Virus record (IMG/VR): IMGVR_UViG_3300031851_000017
Location: 2,054 to 66,053 of that record
Direction: 5' to 3' (one strand)
DNA: 64,000 nucleotides
Source of the DNA: a virus
Lineage: Duplodnaviria; Caudoviricetes
In this document: one piece after another, positions 46,352 to 55,497 of the stretch
How the letters are laid out: each line of letters begins with the position of its first letter
How positions within the stretch are numbered: position 1 is the stretch's first letter
Notes under the pieces: generated by a model
What the model was told of the DNA's origin: nothing
The model's input: only the letters and a program-made list of their open reading frames with translations
Databases searched by the model: none
Made by a program: the position numbers and the translations under genes

Positions 46352-48967
46352 TTAATTTGGTAATGTCAAATTAGCATATTTATCTTCTTGTATATTCCAA
46401 ACATCTACTTCATTTCCATCTTTTAACATATCTTGTTTTTTACCCGTCCAAGCAACCCATCTTTTTTTCTCATTTAGAGGCACTACTCTTAGATGTAATC
46501 TAGTCTCAAACTTATCTCCCTCTAATTTGTATTCGTGATAACCGTCTTTTTGTACTCCTAGAATAATATCACCTTTATCTATGACCTTACCTGCAATTAT
46601 TTTTTCTGCTACAATAGCAGGGTATTTTACAGATTTACCAAACAAATTGTATATATCATCAGTATCTCCTATGTCAATTAACCAAGCAAATCTATTTTTT
46701 TTATAGTCTATAATTAAATTAATATTACCATCGTCTTGTCTATTTATAGTAAACTTACCTTTTCTTGAATCTTCTTTTTGAATAATATTTTCATCAGTTT
46801 CCTTTTCTTCTTTATCTTTTTCTATGTAAGATTCATCAACAACAAAAACTTGGGGGTCTTCTTTATCTAAAAATTCAACAGAATCTTGTTGTTTTAACCA
46901 ACCTGTTAATTTTTTAGGATTACCATCAATCCAACCCGCCCATGCTTTATTGTGCTTAGTTTGCACAAATTGAACTATTTCTTCTGAGGTTAATTTTTCA
47001 TTCGGACTATCCGCTATCTCGTTCTTTATCGCTATTCTTAATTCAGACCTACTGTGTTTTATTAATTTAGATATTTCTTCTTTCCATAAATCAATGTTAT
47101 AAAGAGCATTTTTCTCCATTAAATTATCGCCATCAAAACCATAGATAGTAAACCCATCTAAATCTTCCTTTAATATGATTTCAGCAGTACCGTGTATATC
47201 ATCTGTAATGTAATATCCCTTTTTAATTTTTTTAGGTTTAAGTAAATTAGATTCTAACCCACTCATAACTCTAAATGGAGCAGATACAGCAGAACCAATT
47301 AGATTATTTATTGCACTAGATAATGATTTTTTACTTTTAGATGCTAATTTTTCCAAAGTAGCAATATTATCTGATTGTGTTACTTCGGGTATTTCTATCA
47401 CTTTAGCAGAATACAAACTGAATCCATTTTTTTTCTTTGTTACTTCATCAACTTTAACTCTAACAATAGAGCCTATGTCAACATTTATTTTTGTGTTGAG
47501 AGCCTTACCAACTTCTAAATATGCCTTATCTTCATAATCAACAGTTGCATAATTTCTAGAAACTTCTGCCGTAACAGCACCAATACCCATAGTGTAGGAA
47601 TATAAATTGCTTTTTGTTTTTCTTTTATTTAACACAACTACATCTAAATCAACAAACTTCTTCCACTTAACCCATTTTGGGTTTTTCCTATTCCCTATGT
47701 AATAAGTAGATTCAATATCTTTTATAACAACACCTTCTGACGCAGGTAATTTCATAATATCCTTTGAATACTCTTCCACTTCTTTCTTAGAGTCTGCTAT
47801 TCTAGTGTCTTTTTTAGAAGGAAACGCCATCTGTTCAGAAGAATGCTGTGCGTATTGATATAATAAAATATTAATTCTTTCTCTAAGTGGAGAATCTGTT
47901 ATGTCTTTACCTTCATGTACCATGATATCAAAAACGTGTGCTTTCAGACTACCCTTTGTTTTCTTATGAAATACATGAGTAATAGTATCTGCTCTATGAA
48001 GGGGTTCATCACCTAAAAATAACATTAATTCAGCATCTAATATACAATCGCCAAATTGTTTTTTCTCCATATGTTTTACTTGTTCGGGACATTTAGAAGT
48101 AATGTCTTTTTGATTAAATGAATAAATCTTAACTTTACCATTAAACTTGTGTATCTGTATTCTCATCCCGTCATATTTTTCTTGTACTACAAACTCTCCG
48201 GTTAGTCCCTTAATTTCATCTAAATCGTCTATTTCAAAAATACGATACATTGGTTTATTTGGTCTAATAAAATCTATTTCTGCTTTCTCTTCCATTGATT
48301 TAGAAATATCTAATTCTAATAATGCGTCCCAATCTTCATCATCATATTTTTCCAAATAAATATTTTCTAATTTTTTAAATGCTTCTTTACATTTTGTTTC
48401 TATTCTTTCAGTATTGTCATCAGAACTACCATAGTGTTCTATAATGTAAATAGGCACATCTTTGGGTTCTAAATCTAAACCCATATATCCTTGTGTAATT
48501 TCATCGGGTTTCAAACCATGTGCTTTCCAAGACTTTTCGGGTATTGGGTTTGTGTGGGAACGTACTGCATAATGAATAAACGATAATAACACAGATTCAT
48601 TTTCTAAGAGTACTTTAATTACATCATCACCTAACTGTTTAGAAAAAGGGTCGCTAATTTTATCTGACTTAAATCTAAGTTCTTTAACACTATCATAGAT
48701 TTCTTTTGCTTGTCTAGAATTGGGGTCATAGGCTTCGTTAGAAAAAGCAACTTTTTCTTTTAAATAGGTTTTTAATTCTCTAGAAAAATCATCTAAAGAA
48801 TCAAATTGGTCTCTAACTTCTTTGACAGTTTGCTTCCATTTTTCTCCATATTCAGAAGGACTTTCTTTTGCAGAAAGATAAGAATATCTAACTCTTTCAA
48901 AGAAATCTAAAACTCTTTTAGTTAAAGGTGTTTTTTTCTTTTCAAAGAAAAGTCCTGTTTGTGGCAT
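46352..48967 (-). CDS. lig: ATP-dependent DNA ligase with N- and C-terminal extensions
   Basis: Motif I EKYDG, ILDAEL, HVFDI, EGVVIK, WVKWK, OB domain. Confidence 0.9.
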   Translation of the reverse strand: MPQTGLFFEKKKTPLTKRVLDFFERVRYSYLSAKESPSEYGEKWKQTVKEVRDQFDSLDDFSRELKTYLKEKVAFSNEAYDPNSRQAKEIYDSVKELRFKSDKISDPFSKQLGDDVIKVLLENESVLLSFIHYAVRSHTNPIPEKSWKAHGLKPDEITQGYMGLDLEPKDVPIYIIEHYGSSDDNTERIETKCKEAFKKLENIYLEKYDDEDWDALLELDISKSMEEKAEIDFIRPNKPMYRIFEIDDLDEIKGLTGEFVVQEKYDGMRIQIHKFNGKVKIYSFNQKDITSKCPEQVKHMEKKQFGDCILDAELMLFLGDEPLHRADTITHVFHKKTKGSLKAHVFDIMVHEGKDITDSPLRERINILLYQYAQHSSEQMAFPSKKDTRIADSKKEVEEYSKDIMKLPASEGVVIKDIESTYYIGNRKNPKWVKWKKFVDLDVVVLNKRKTKSNLYSYTMGIGAVTAEVSRNYATVDYEDKAYLEVGKALNTKINVDIGSIVRVKVDEVTKKKNGFSLYSAKVIEIPEVTQSDNIATLEKLASKSKKSLSSAINNLIGSAVSAPFRVMSGLESNLLKPKKIKKGYYITDDIHGTAEIILKEDLDGFTIYGFDGDNLMEKNALYNIDLWKEEISKLIKHSRSELRIAIKNEIADSPNEKLTSEEIVQFVQTKHNKAWAGWIDGNPKKLTGWLKQQDSVEFLDKEDPQVFVVDESYIEKDKEEKETDENIIQKEDSRKGKFTINRQDDGNINLIIDYKKNRFAWLIDIGDTDDIYNLFGKSVKYPAIVAEKIIAGKVIDKGDIILGVQKDGYHEYKLEGDKFETRLHLRVVPLNEKKRWVAWTGKKQDMLKDGNEVDVWNIQEDKYANLTLPN

Positions 48968-48977
48968 ACTACCTCAC

Positions 48978-49199
48978 TCAGTTGGAATCTTTCTTTTCTT
49001 TTCCTTCGATGTTACTAGTTTTAGGTAATTGTACTTCTGATGGATTTTTCTTTGGCCTTTTTACTTTAACTTCTTCGCCTGTTAGTGGTTCATCTATTTC
49101 CATTGTATTTACATTAGCCTCTTGTAAAACTTCCTTTGCTTTAGCAATTACTAGTTCTAATAATTTTTCTTTTTTTGTTACTCTTTCCGGCATATTCAA
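48978..49199 (-). CDS. Hypothetical protein (73 aa)
   Basis: In-operon ORF. Confidence 0.6.
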   Translation of the reverse strand: MNMPERVTKKEKLLELVIAKAKEVLQEANVNTMEIDEPLTGEEVKVKRPKKNPSEVQLPKTSNIEGKEKKDSN

Positions 49200-49540
49200 G
49201 CCCCCGCTACTCTATCAAAAGATTGTCCTTCTCTTCTAAAATTTCCATCTATATCCATTTGAAAGTAGATAATATCTTCTCCGTTTTCATCTTTAACATC
49301 AACATACAAACCACCTGCTTTTTCATCGGGGTCAAGACTCAATGATATGTCTAATATTTTTCCTAATCCCTCTAATTCATTACCATCATTAATACTACGT
49401 TGCAACTCCGCTAAATTTTCTTCGGTATAATCGCCTTCATCAAATATATTGTCGTTTAAAAATCTTTCAACTTCTTTTTCTAACATATTAATAAACCCTG
49501 CATCTATTTCGATTCTTTTTAATATATTTTTCCAACTCAT
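49196..49540 (-). CDS. Leader-family protein (MSWKNILK)
   Basis: Start re-assigned to ATG 49540 after GGAGA RBS. Confidence 0.75.
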   Translation of the reverse strand: MSWKNILKRIEIDAGFINMLEKEVERFLNDNIFDEGDYTEENLAELQRSINDGNELEGLGKILDISLSLDPDEKAGGLYVDVKDENGEDIIYFQMDIDGNFRREGQSFDRVAGA

Positions 49541-49542
49541 AT

Positions 49543-49758
49543 CTATCTCTCCATCGTAGTTACTAATTCGTGTATGTCTTCCCAAGCCATACTCTTTTTA
49601 ATAGTATTATTATTTTCCATCATCGGTGAAGGTGATTCAACTACAACTAATCCTGATTTCATAAGTAAATTATCTTTATGATAAACCGCCTCTTCTAAAT
49701 GTTTCACCTTGTTCACTAATTCTTTCAATAACATTAACATTTCATTATCTTCACTCAT
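49543..49758 (-). CDS. Small coiled-coil protein ending in a scaffold-like MAWEDIHELV motif
   Basis: C-terminus resembles the scaffold C-terminus MTWDDVHSLV. Confidence 0.7.
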   Translation of the reverse strand: MSEDNEMLMLLKELVNKVKHLEEAVYHKDNLLMKSGLVVVESPSPMMENNNTIKKSMAWEDIHELVTTMER

Positions 49759-49827
49759 TTTCTTGTAGCCCCCTAATATATTTGGTGAACTCTTTTCTTA
49801 TTAGTCTTTCTAACTCTCCTTTCATAT

Positions 49828-49980
49828 TCATCTCTTACTCACCATCTCATCAACCGCTTGTTTTAAATCATTTATAATTGTTCTAAGTTTAGTTCTAAAA
49901 GCAAGAGGGATTTCCATTGTGCTTATAGTTTCTATAATGGCTTTCAATGTTTGAATTGTTCGTTGGTCGTATTTTGTCAT
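49828..49980 (-). CDS. Small helical protein (50 aa), not in ORF track
   Basis: GGTGATTTAGAATG junction; MTKYDQRTIQTLKAIIETIS...VSKR*. Confidence 0.6.
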   Translation of the reverse strand: MTKYDQRTIQTLKAIIETISTMEIPLAFRTKLRTIINDLKQAVDEMVSKR

Positions 49981-50315
49981 TCTAAATCACCTTTCATAAG
50001 TAGTTCAAATCCTTGTTTTTTTAATTTTTTATATGCTTCTAATGGCTTATTCATAGAAAGCCACATAATCATAGATGCAACTTCTGCATTAACAGTGTTA
50101 CCTTTCAGTTTCATTGTGTATTTGCCTTCATTTGAGTAAGCATCCTCAACAATTTTTTTAAATTCTTCAAACCTCATATGTATTTTGACTTCTTTGTTAC
50201 CATACTTGTCGAACATAGCCTCAAAATTATTTGGTTCATCTTCTTTAGACAATGAAGGGAAATGGCTTTCATCATATCGTTTCATGTCTATTTTTATTAT
50301 ATCTTCCCAACTCAT
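49977..50315 (-). CDS. Leader-family protein (MSWEDIIK)
   Basis: Start re-assigned to ATG 50315 (ATGA overlap, GGGGAG RBS). Confidence 0.75.
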   Translation of the reverse strand: MSWEDIIKIDMKRYDESHFPSLSKEDEPNNFEAMFDKYGNKEVKIHMRFEEFKKIVEDAYSNEGKYTMKLKGNTVNAEVASMIMWLSMNKPLEAYKKLKKQGFELLMKGDLE

Positions 50316-50470
50316 ATTTCTCCCCCACACACAACACAACGGTGTCCATCTCCTTTACCATTTTTACCTTCTATAAAATCCATTTCTTTTCCACAACAAT
50401 GCGGAACTCCATTTTTAATATGAGGCACTTTCTTCCTACGTTCTTCTTTTAGTATATCTTCCCAACTCAT
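50312..50470 (-). CDS. Leader-family Zn-ribbon protein (MSWEDILK, 52 aa), not in ORF track
   Basis: MSWEDILKEERRKKVPHIKNGVPHCCGKEMDFIEGKNGKGDGHRCVVCGGEI*. Confidence 0.75.
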   Translation of the reverse strand: MSWEDILKEERRKKVPHIKNGVPHCCGKEMDFIEGKNGKGDGHRCVVCGGEI

Positions 50471-50483
50471 TTTAAATCACCTT

Positions 50484-51047
50484 TCATTCATTCACTCTCC
50501 TTAATAATCCAGCACTATCAAAGACGAGATGTGCGAAGGGGTATTTATTTTGTAAGTCCTCTAAAGACTCACCATTACTTATCCCTGCTTTAAAGGCAGA
50601 TAGTTCTCTAGAATCTTTGTAATCAGTAAATGGGTTTTCATAATATTGGTCTGTGAAGTCATCCATTAGAGAAACCACTTGTGCATTTTTATTTCCTCTT
50701 TTTGGAGAAGTATAACCATCATCATCCTCATCATCTTTCAATTCAGTATAGACAGATATGATTGATTGATATAAGTCCTCATATTCTTCATCGTCAACCG
50801 AAGTATTTTGATATCGTTTTATGTCTTTTGACAGTCTACTTATCTTATCATTCTTGTCCTTTACATATTCAAGCATCTTTTCACATATGTCGTATAGTTC
50901 TTGGTCAACTTCTAACAGTTCCTCTTTTTTGTAAACATAGGTTTCTTCTAGGCTGTGTAACTTTTGAAGAAGGTCAAACATTTCTTTAGGTAGAATCTTT
51001 TCCTCACCAATTGTCATATATATTTTTATTACGTCAAACCAACTCAT
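50484..51047 (-). CDS. Leader-family acidic protein (MSWFDVIK)
   Basis: 187-aa ORF with the repeat junction at its start. Confidence 0.8.
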   Translation of the reverse strand: MSWFDVIKIYMTIGEEKILPKEMFDLLQKLHSLEETYVYKKEELLEVDQELYDICEKMLEYVKDKNDKISRLSKDIKRYQNTSVDDEEYEDLYQSIISVYTELKDDEDDDGYTSPKRGNKNAQVVSLMDDFTDQYYENPFTDYKDSRELSAFKAGISNGESLEDLQNKYPFAHLVFDSAGLLRRVNE

Positions 51048-51063
51048 TCTAAATCACTCCACA

Positions 51064-51333
51064 TTACCTAATCTGACTTTTATTGATACCTACACCTCTG
51101 ACGGTGAATTTCTCTGTCTCTCTAGGTCTATCTTTTGTTCCCATTAGACATCTAACAAAAATAGGCAGGTCAAAACCAAGAACAGGTTGTGAGGAAGAGG
51201 AATAAATAACGTCGGATTTAACACCAAACTTCTCATCTATCATTTTCATGATATCTTCTAAATTCCCCTCTTCTCCTATCAGTTCCTCTAACTCTGCCAT
51301 TACATCTTTCTTTAGTATATCTTCCCAACTCAT
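51064..51333 (-). CDS. Leader-family protein (MSWEDILK)
   Basis: Start re-assigned to ATG 51333. Confidence 0.75.
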   Translation of the reverse strand: MSWEDILKKDVMAELEELIGEEGNLEDIMKMIDEKFGVKSDVIYSSSSQPVLGFDLPIFVRCLMGTKDRPRETEKFTVRGVGINKSQIR

Positions 51334-51334
51334 T

Positions 51335-51604
51335 TTAATCTCTCCGCATTTCAAATTGCATATCTTCTAAGCGTTGTTCATATTCATTTCTTTCTTCTTG
51401 GGCAGTTTCTTCTCTATCTTTCTGATTCATTACATTACGTGGTTGTTCTTTTCCTGAAGAATTAACCATGTCCTGTATCTCTCTTCGTTCTTTGGTCTTT
51501 TGCCTTTCATTAGTAAAAGAAACCGGACTACCATTTACCTTTCTATTCAGACTTAATTTTTTTCTTGTCGTATTTTTTCTTTTAACAATGTCAAACCAAC
51601 TCAT
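51335..51604 (-). CDS. Leader-family protein (MSWFDIVK), highly charged
   Basis: ORF with a perfect junction repeat at its start. Confidence 0.78.
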   Translation of the reverse strand: MSWFDIVKRKNTTRKKLSLNRKVNGSPVSFTNERQKTKERREIQDMVNSSGKEQPRNVMNQKDREETAQEERNEYEQRLEDMQFEMRRD

Positions 51605-51610
51605 TCTAAA

Positions 51611-51925
51611 TCACCTTCTACCGTAATTCTCAAACACTTCTTCTTCATCATCTAACGCATTTCTTAATTTTACAATATAAGAATAAAAGTCTATATTATC
51701 TAATATTACATATATTTCCTCGGCAACGCTATGAAATAATTCACTTCTTGGTATTTTTTCATAAGTGGCAGGTTCATTTGCTTTAGGTTTACTATCTATG
51801 AACTCTTTTAATATTTTCCTATGTTTATCCATATCCGAACTAAGCCTATTGATGTAGTCGTGTAATTCGTGAGAATAGACTATTTTCTCACTTCTATCTT
51901 TTTTTACTATATCTTCCCAACTCAT
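51611..51925 (-). CDS. Leader-family protein (MSWEDIVK)
   Basis: ORF with a perfect junction repeat at its start. Confidence 0.78.
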   Translation of the reverse strand: MSWEDIVKKDRSEKIVYSHELHDYINRLSSDMDKHRKILKEFIDSKPKANEPATYEKIPRSELFHSVAEEIYVILDNIDFYSYIVKLRNALDDEEEVFENYGRR

Positions 51926-52191
51926 TCTAAATCACCATAATACCCATTTCGGAAACCTTTTCCTTTGTTGAGTAATTCAATCCACGCCATTCTCAAATCA
52001 TCTTCCCTCGTAATTGCATTTGTTAATTGAGTTAGTTTTTCGTCTTGTTGTTCTTTAGGTAACTTCATAATTTCAGTAACATTTGTCAAGACATACTGGG
52101 CATTTTTTATATTATTGCCTACCATGTATCTTGCGAACTCATCTACATCCCTAAACATATATTCTTTCTTTAGTATATCTTTCCAACTCAT
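51922..52191 (-). CDS. Leader-family protein (MSWKDILK)
   Basis: ORF with a perfect junction repeat at its start; ends GDLE. Confidence 0.78.
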   Translation of the reverse strand: MSWKDILKKEYMFRDVDEFARYMVGNNIKNAQYVLTNVTEIMKLPKEQQDEKLTQLTNAITREDDLRMAWIELLNKGKGFRNGYYGDLE

Positions 52192-52514
52192 TCTAAATCA
52201 CCCTTACTTTTTGGATAAACTAAGTCTCGTATTTGACGATACAACGTTTCGTAATCTTTTCTAAGTTCTGCTGCCGATGAAACTATTTCTAGATTCTTTT
52301 CATCAAAGCCCTCGAACTTTTTTTGAAGTCTTTTATCAGACTTAATTAAGTCTAATTTTTTCATCTCATCTAACAGGTCTGAAAGATGTGTCATCTCTTG
52401 ACCCATGTATTCAGTAGGCTGAGTTTTTTGAAGAAGTTTCTTAAGTTTCTTCTTTTGTTTAGAATCAACTTTTTCTAAAATTGAAGGTGATTTTAGTATT
52501 TCCTTCCAACCCAT
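52188..52514 (-). CDS. Leader-family protein (MGWKEILK)
   Basis: Probable ATG at 52514; ends GDLE. Confidence 0.75.
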   Translation of the reverse strand: MGWKEILKSPSILEKVDSKQKKKLKKLLQKTQPTEYMGQEMTHLSDLLDEMKKLDLIKSDKRLQKKFEGFDEKNLEIVSSAAELRKDYETLYRQIRDLVYPKSKGDLE

Positions 52515-52563
52515 ACTCAACCACTTTGTCTATCCGTTCTTATCACTAGTTTATGAAGTTTAT

Positions 52564-54774
52564 TTATTTTAACTGATTACGGTCATTGAACTCAGTATAT
52601 TCATATTCAGATTCATCTGTATCTGTAATATCATTCCCTTTAGGTTCATCTGTTTTATTACTAAGGAAACCATCTACCCTTTTCGCAAAAGTATTAATTT
52701 TATTGGTAATGTTACTGAGTTCTCTTCTAACAGTATTTGCATTCCTTAAAGCAAGAACCGCCCATTTTTGTTTATCTAAATCTGAGTTCTGTTTTACTAA
52801 TTTATTTAAAAAATTACTTTTTAATAACACATAGTTTAGTATTTCAGAATTATTAATTTCGGAAGTGCTATCTTCATCATATTTAGGCAAAGAAGTTTCT
52901 TTCTCTTTAAATTTTTCACCACTTGATTCTTCAATTATTTCAAACTTTAATGCAAAATCTATCCATAACTTTTCAATTTCTTCTTTGTTTTTTCTTAAAA
53001 GATTAAATCTATTTCTTTCAATTGCTCCCATATCGTCTTCCGACCGTTCTCTAGAAATTGTAGTTTTTTGGTCTAAAAATGGGTTATTGGGGTTTTTTGA
53101 TTGGCCTTCAAAATGTTGACTAACGTTCCTATCTACTAATTTTCTTTTACCATCTTTATCTTTTACACTTCCTTTTGGTGTAATAGTTAATTTTTTTTCT
53201 ATTTCTTTAAATACATTTGTTACACTATTAAAAAGATATTTTCTTTTTTCGTTTATTTTCAAGCCCCGTACTTTACTTTCATAATCATCTAAAAGTTCAC
53301 TACTTCCTTCTTGTTCTTCACTACCAGATTCTAATTCTCTTGCAATATTACTTAACATTTGTTTGAACTCACTTACTGAAAATGTCTCTCCCTTAATAGA
53401 AAACGTATTATTACTTAAAGAATCGAAATTGACTTCATCTCTATTTGTAAGTGAAGTAGCGGCTACAAAAACCACACCTAAACTATTAGCAATATCCCTA
53501 TGTTTCTGTAAATCAGAAATATCTCTTCTAGTGTCATTATAAATATTTACTATTGATGGTTTTAAATTAAAACCTTTAGTTTCTAATATAATTTTTGTAA
53601 AATGCAAGACTTCGTGATTTTGTTTTGCTTTTTTCAGAGAAATATTAATTTGATATATCATATTTTGTTTCATTTGTATAGCCTTTTCATCATCAGTATC
53701 AAGAGGACTTAACATTTCAACAATTTCAGTTATTTCGTCTACTAGGTGATTTGTGTCTTCCATTATCTCATATGCAAGGGTTAGTAAATCTTCTTTAGTA
53801 AGTTCAGTTTTATCTGTAACTGCCCCACCAAGAACAGTTAATATACCCTCTATTTGGTCTTTAAAATCCATATCATTCTTATTATCACTATACAAATTCA
53901 TCATTTCTCTAATGTTATTAAAATATTCTTGGGTATCTAAATTTAAATATTCTATTAATCTTTTACTGCCCTTATACGTTTTAATATCATCTTCGACTTC
54001 TATTCCAAGTTTATCGAATATATTATTTAAAATGTCCCTTGACGGTTTATTACCATATATTTTGAATTGGTTTAACCAACCACCTACCTTTGAATAAAAT
54101 GCCCCTTCTTCTACTAACAATTTTCTTAAATTGGGAGAAATGTCCTTTCTGCCTTTGAAAAAATCGTTAATTGAATTATATAAATCAAATATTAATTTAA
54201 CTTCATCATCATTGTCTCTATCAACATCACCATTTTCTAAAATAACCTTAAGTTTTTCTTCTATTTCTTCCGCTTCAGTAGGTAAAGGAGTATCAAGAAC
54301 TTTTTCTATTTTAGTAAAAAAATTAGGTTTTTCTTTTGTTCCAAAAAATAATTTATGTACTTTAGGATATTTCTCTTCGGAATATTTTTTCTTAAGGTAA
54401 TAAATAGCAGATTCTAAATTAAGTAAAGTCCTTATTTCATCTGTCCGTCCAGTAGATTCTAATACAACTTCTGTTAGGTCATCTTTTGTTTTAATGTTTT
54501 TACTCTTTTTCTTTGTAGCAAGTATTTCTGTTGTACCGCCAGCGCCCTCAAAAAGACCATCAAATATTATTTCTTGTCCTAAACCATTTTTTTCATTGGA
54601 TTCTTTTTTCTTATCTTCCCGAACTAAATCATTATATTTTTTTTCTAAAGTCCTTATTTCGTTAATAGTAATATTATGAATCTCTCTTCTATTCTTAAAT
54701 AATACGCTTAATATTTTACCCCAATCTTTTTGTGCCTTCATAATATCTTTTTTTAAAATATCCATAAACGACAC
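52564..54774 (-). CDS. Large helical leader-family protein (MSFMDILK, 736 aa)
   Basis: GTG start; K/E/D/N-rich; shares a 17-aa motif with 36515..40111. Confidence 0.78.
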   Translation of the reverse strand: MSFMDILKKDIMKAQKDWGKILSVLFKNRREIHNITINEIRTLEKKYNDLVREDKKKESNEKNGLGQEIIFDGLFEGAGGTTEILATKKKSKNIKTKDDLTEVVLESTGRTDEIRTLLNLESAIYYLKKKYSEEKYPKVHKLFFGTKEKPNFFTKIEKVLDTPLPTEAEEIEEKLKVILENGDVDRDNDDEVKLIFDLYNSINDFFKGRKDISPNLRKLLVEEGAFYSKVGGWLNQFKIYGNKPSRDILNNIFDKLGIEVEDDIKTYKGSKRLIEYLNLDTQEYFNNIREMMNLYSDNKNDMDFKDQIEGILTVLGGAVTDKTELTKEDLLTLAYEIMEDTNHLVDEITEIVEMLSPLDTDDEKAIQMKQNMIYQINISLKKAKQNHEVLHFTKIILETKGFNLKPSIVNIYNDTRRDISDLQKHRDIANSLGVVFVAATSLTNRDEVNFDSLSNNTFSIKGETFSVSEFKQMLSNIARELESGSEEQEGSSELLDDYESKVRGLKINEKRKYLFNSVTNVFKEIEKKLTITPKGSVKDKDGKRKLVDRNVSQHFEGQSKNPNNPFLDQKTTISRERSEDDMGAIERNRFNLLRKNKEEIEKLWIDFALKFEIIEESSGEKFKEKETSLPKYDEDSTSEINNSEILNYVLLKSNFLNKLVKQNSDLDKQKWAVLALRNANTVRRELSNITNKINTFAKRVDGFLSNKTDEPKGNDITDTDESEYEYTEFNDRNQLK

Positions 54775-54787
54775 AATCTAACCCCCC

Positions 54788-55018
54788 TTAAAATGGTATA
54801 TTTTCACTACGCATATTCTTTCTTTTAGGTGTTATCATAACATCGGGAATATTACTAGGTGCATCATCTGTTTTATTTTTCAATGTTGTACTTGGGTCAA
54901 TCCCTACAACAGAATAGTCCCTACTAATAGTAACATTTTTCTTTTGTTCCGCACCTTCTTTTATTCTCGCTTGTTTTAACTCTCTTTCTAATTGCCTTAC
55001 ACTTTTTTCTTCACTCAT
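54788..55018 (-). CDS. Hypothetical protein (76 aa)
   Basis: GAGGTGA RBS, ATGA overlap with the upstream gene. Confidence 0.65.
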   Translation of the reverse strand: MSEEKSVRQLERELKQARIKEGAEQKKNVTISRDYSVVGIDPSTTLKNKTDDAPSNIPDVMITPKRKNMRSENIPF

Positions 55019-55422
55019 TTTCTTTCACCTCTTGCCTTTTCATTTTTAGCCTTCCATCGTGCTAATAATTCCGCTTCGTTTTCTTCTGTTCTTTTAGCGG
55101 CTTCTGCATCTTGCCCTGTGGAAGTTTTAGTTGCTATTAATTCATTAGCATGATATAATTTAACACTATTTTCATTATGTGGGTTTTCTGTCATTAAAGT
55201 GCCATCGGGCATCTTATGTGTTTTACCTTCCCATAATTTACCATCTTTAGTATAATGTCGAACACCCTGTTCTTTTGTCATTTCATCTAATTCCGGTTCT
55301 AAAAAACTTTTTTCATTTTCTCTTCTTCTAGAAGTTGAGTCTTTGGGGGACTTGTAACCTCTGCCTCGCAATCCTGTTCCCTTTCTTTTGCCCGTTCTTT
55401 TTATTACATTAAACCAACTCAT
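55015..55422 (-). CDS. Leader-family protein (MSWFNVIK) with His-rich HKMPDG module
   Basis: HYTKDGKLWEGKTHKMPDGTLMT...LYH; GGTGA RBS. Confidence 0.75.
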   Translation of the reverse strand: MSWFNVIKRTGKRKGTGLRGRGYKSPKDSTSRRRENEKSFLEPELDEMTKEQGVRHYTKDGKLWEGKTHKMPDGTLMTENPHNENSVKLYHANELIATKTSTGQDAEAAKRTEENEAELLARWKAKNEKARGERK

Positions 55423-55497
55423 TTCTCATCACCTACTATTGGTAAACTCATTCCTACATTCCACACTATTATATCTGAAAATAATCTTAATTTCATC

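Larger units (their letters stand above)
49977..52202 (-). repeat. Dispersed ~20-bp direct repeat GGTGATTTAGAATGAGTTGG at gene junctions
   Basis: Perfect copies at 51596-51615, 51917-51936 and 52183-52202; 1-mismatch copies at 50462-50481 and 51039-51058; partial copies at 49977-49991 and ~51325-51345. Confidence 0.9.

Noticed and set aside
49977-52202. Direct repeats as a CRISPR array
   Set aside because: The repeats are ~20 bp, spaced irregularly by hundreds of bases of coding sequence, and consist of RBS plus start codons.
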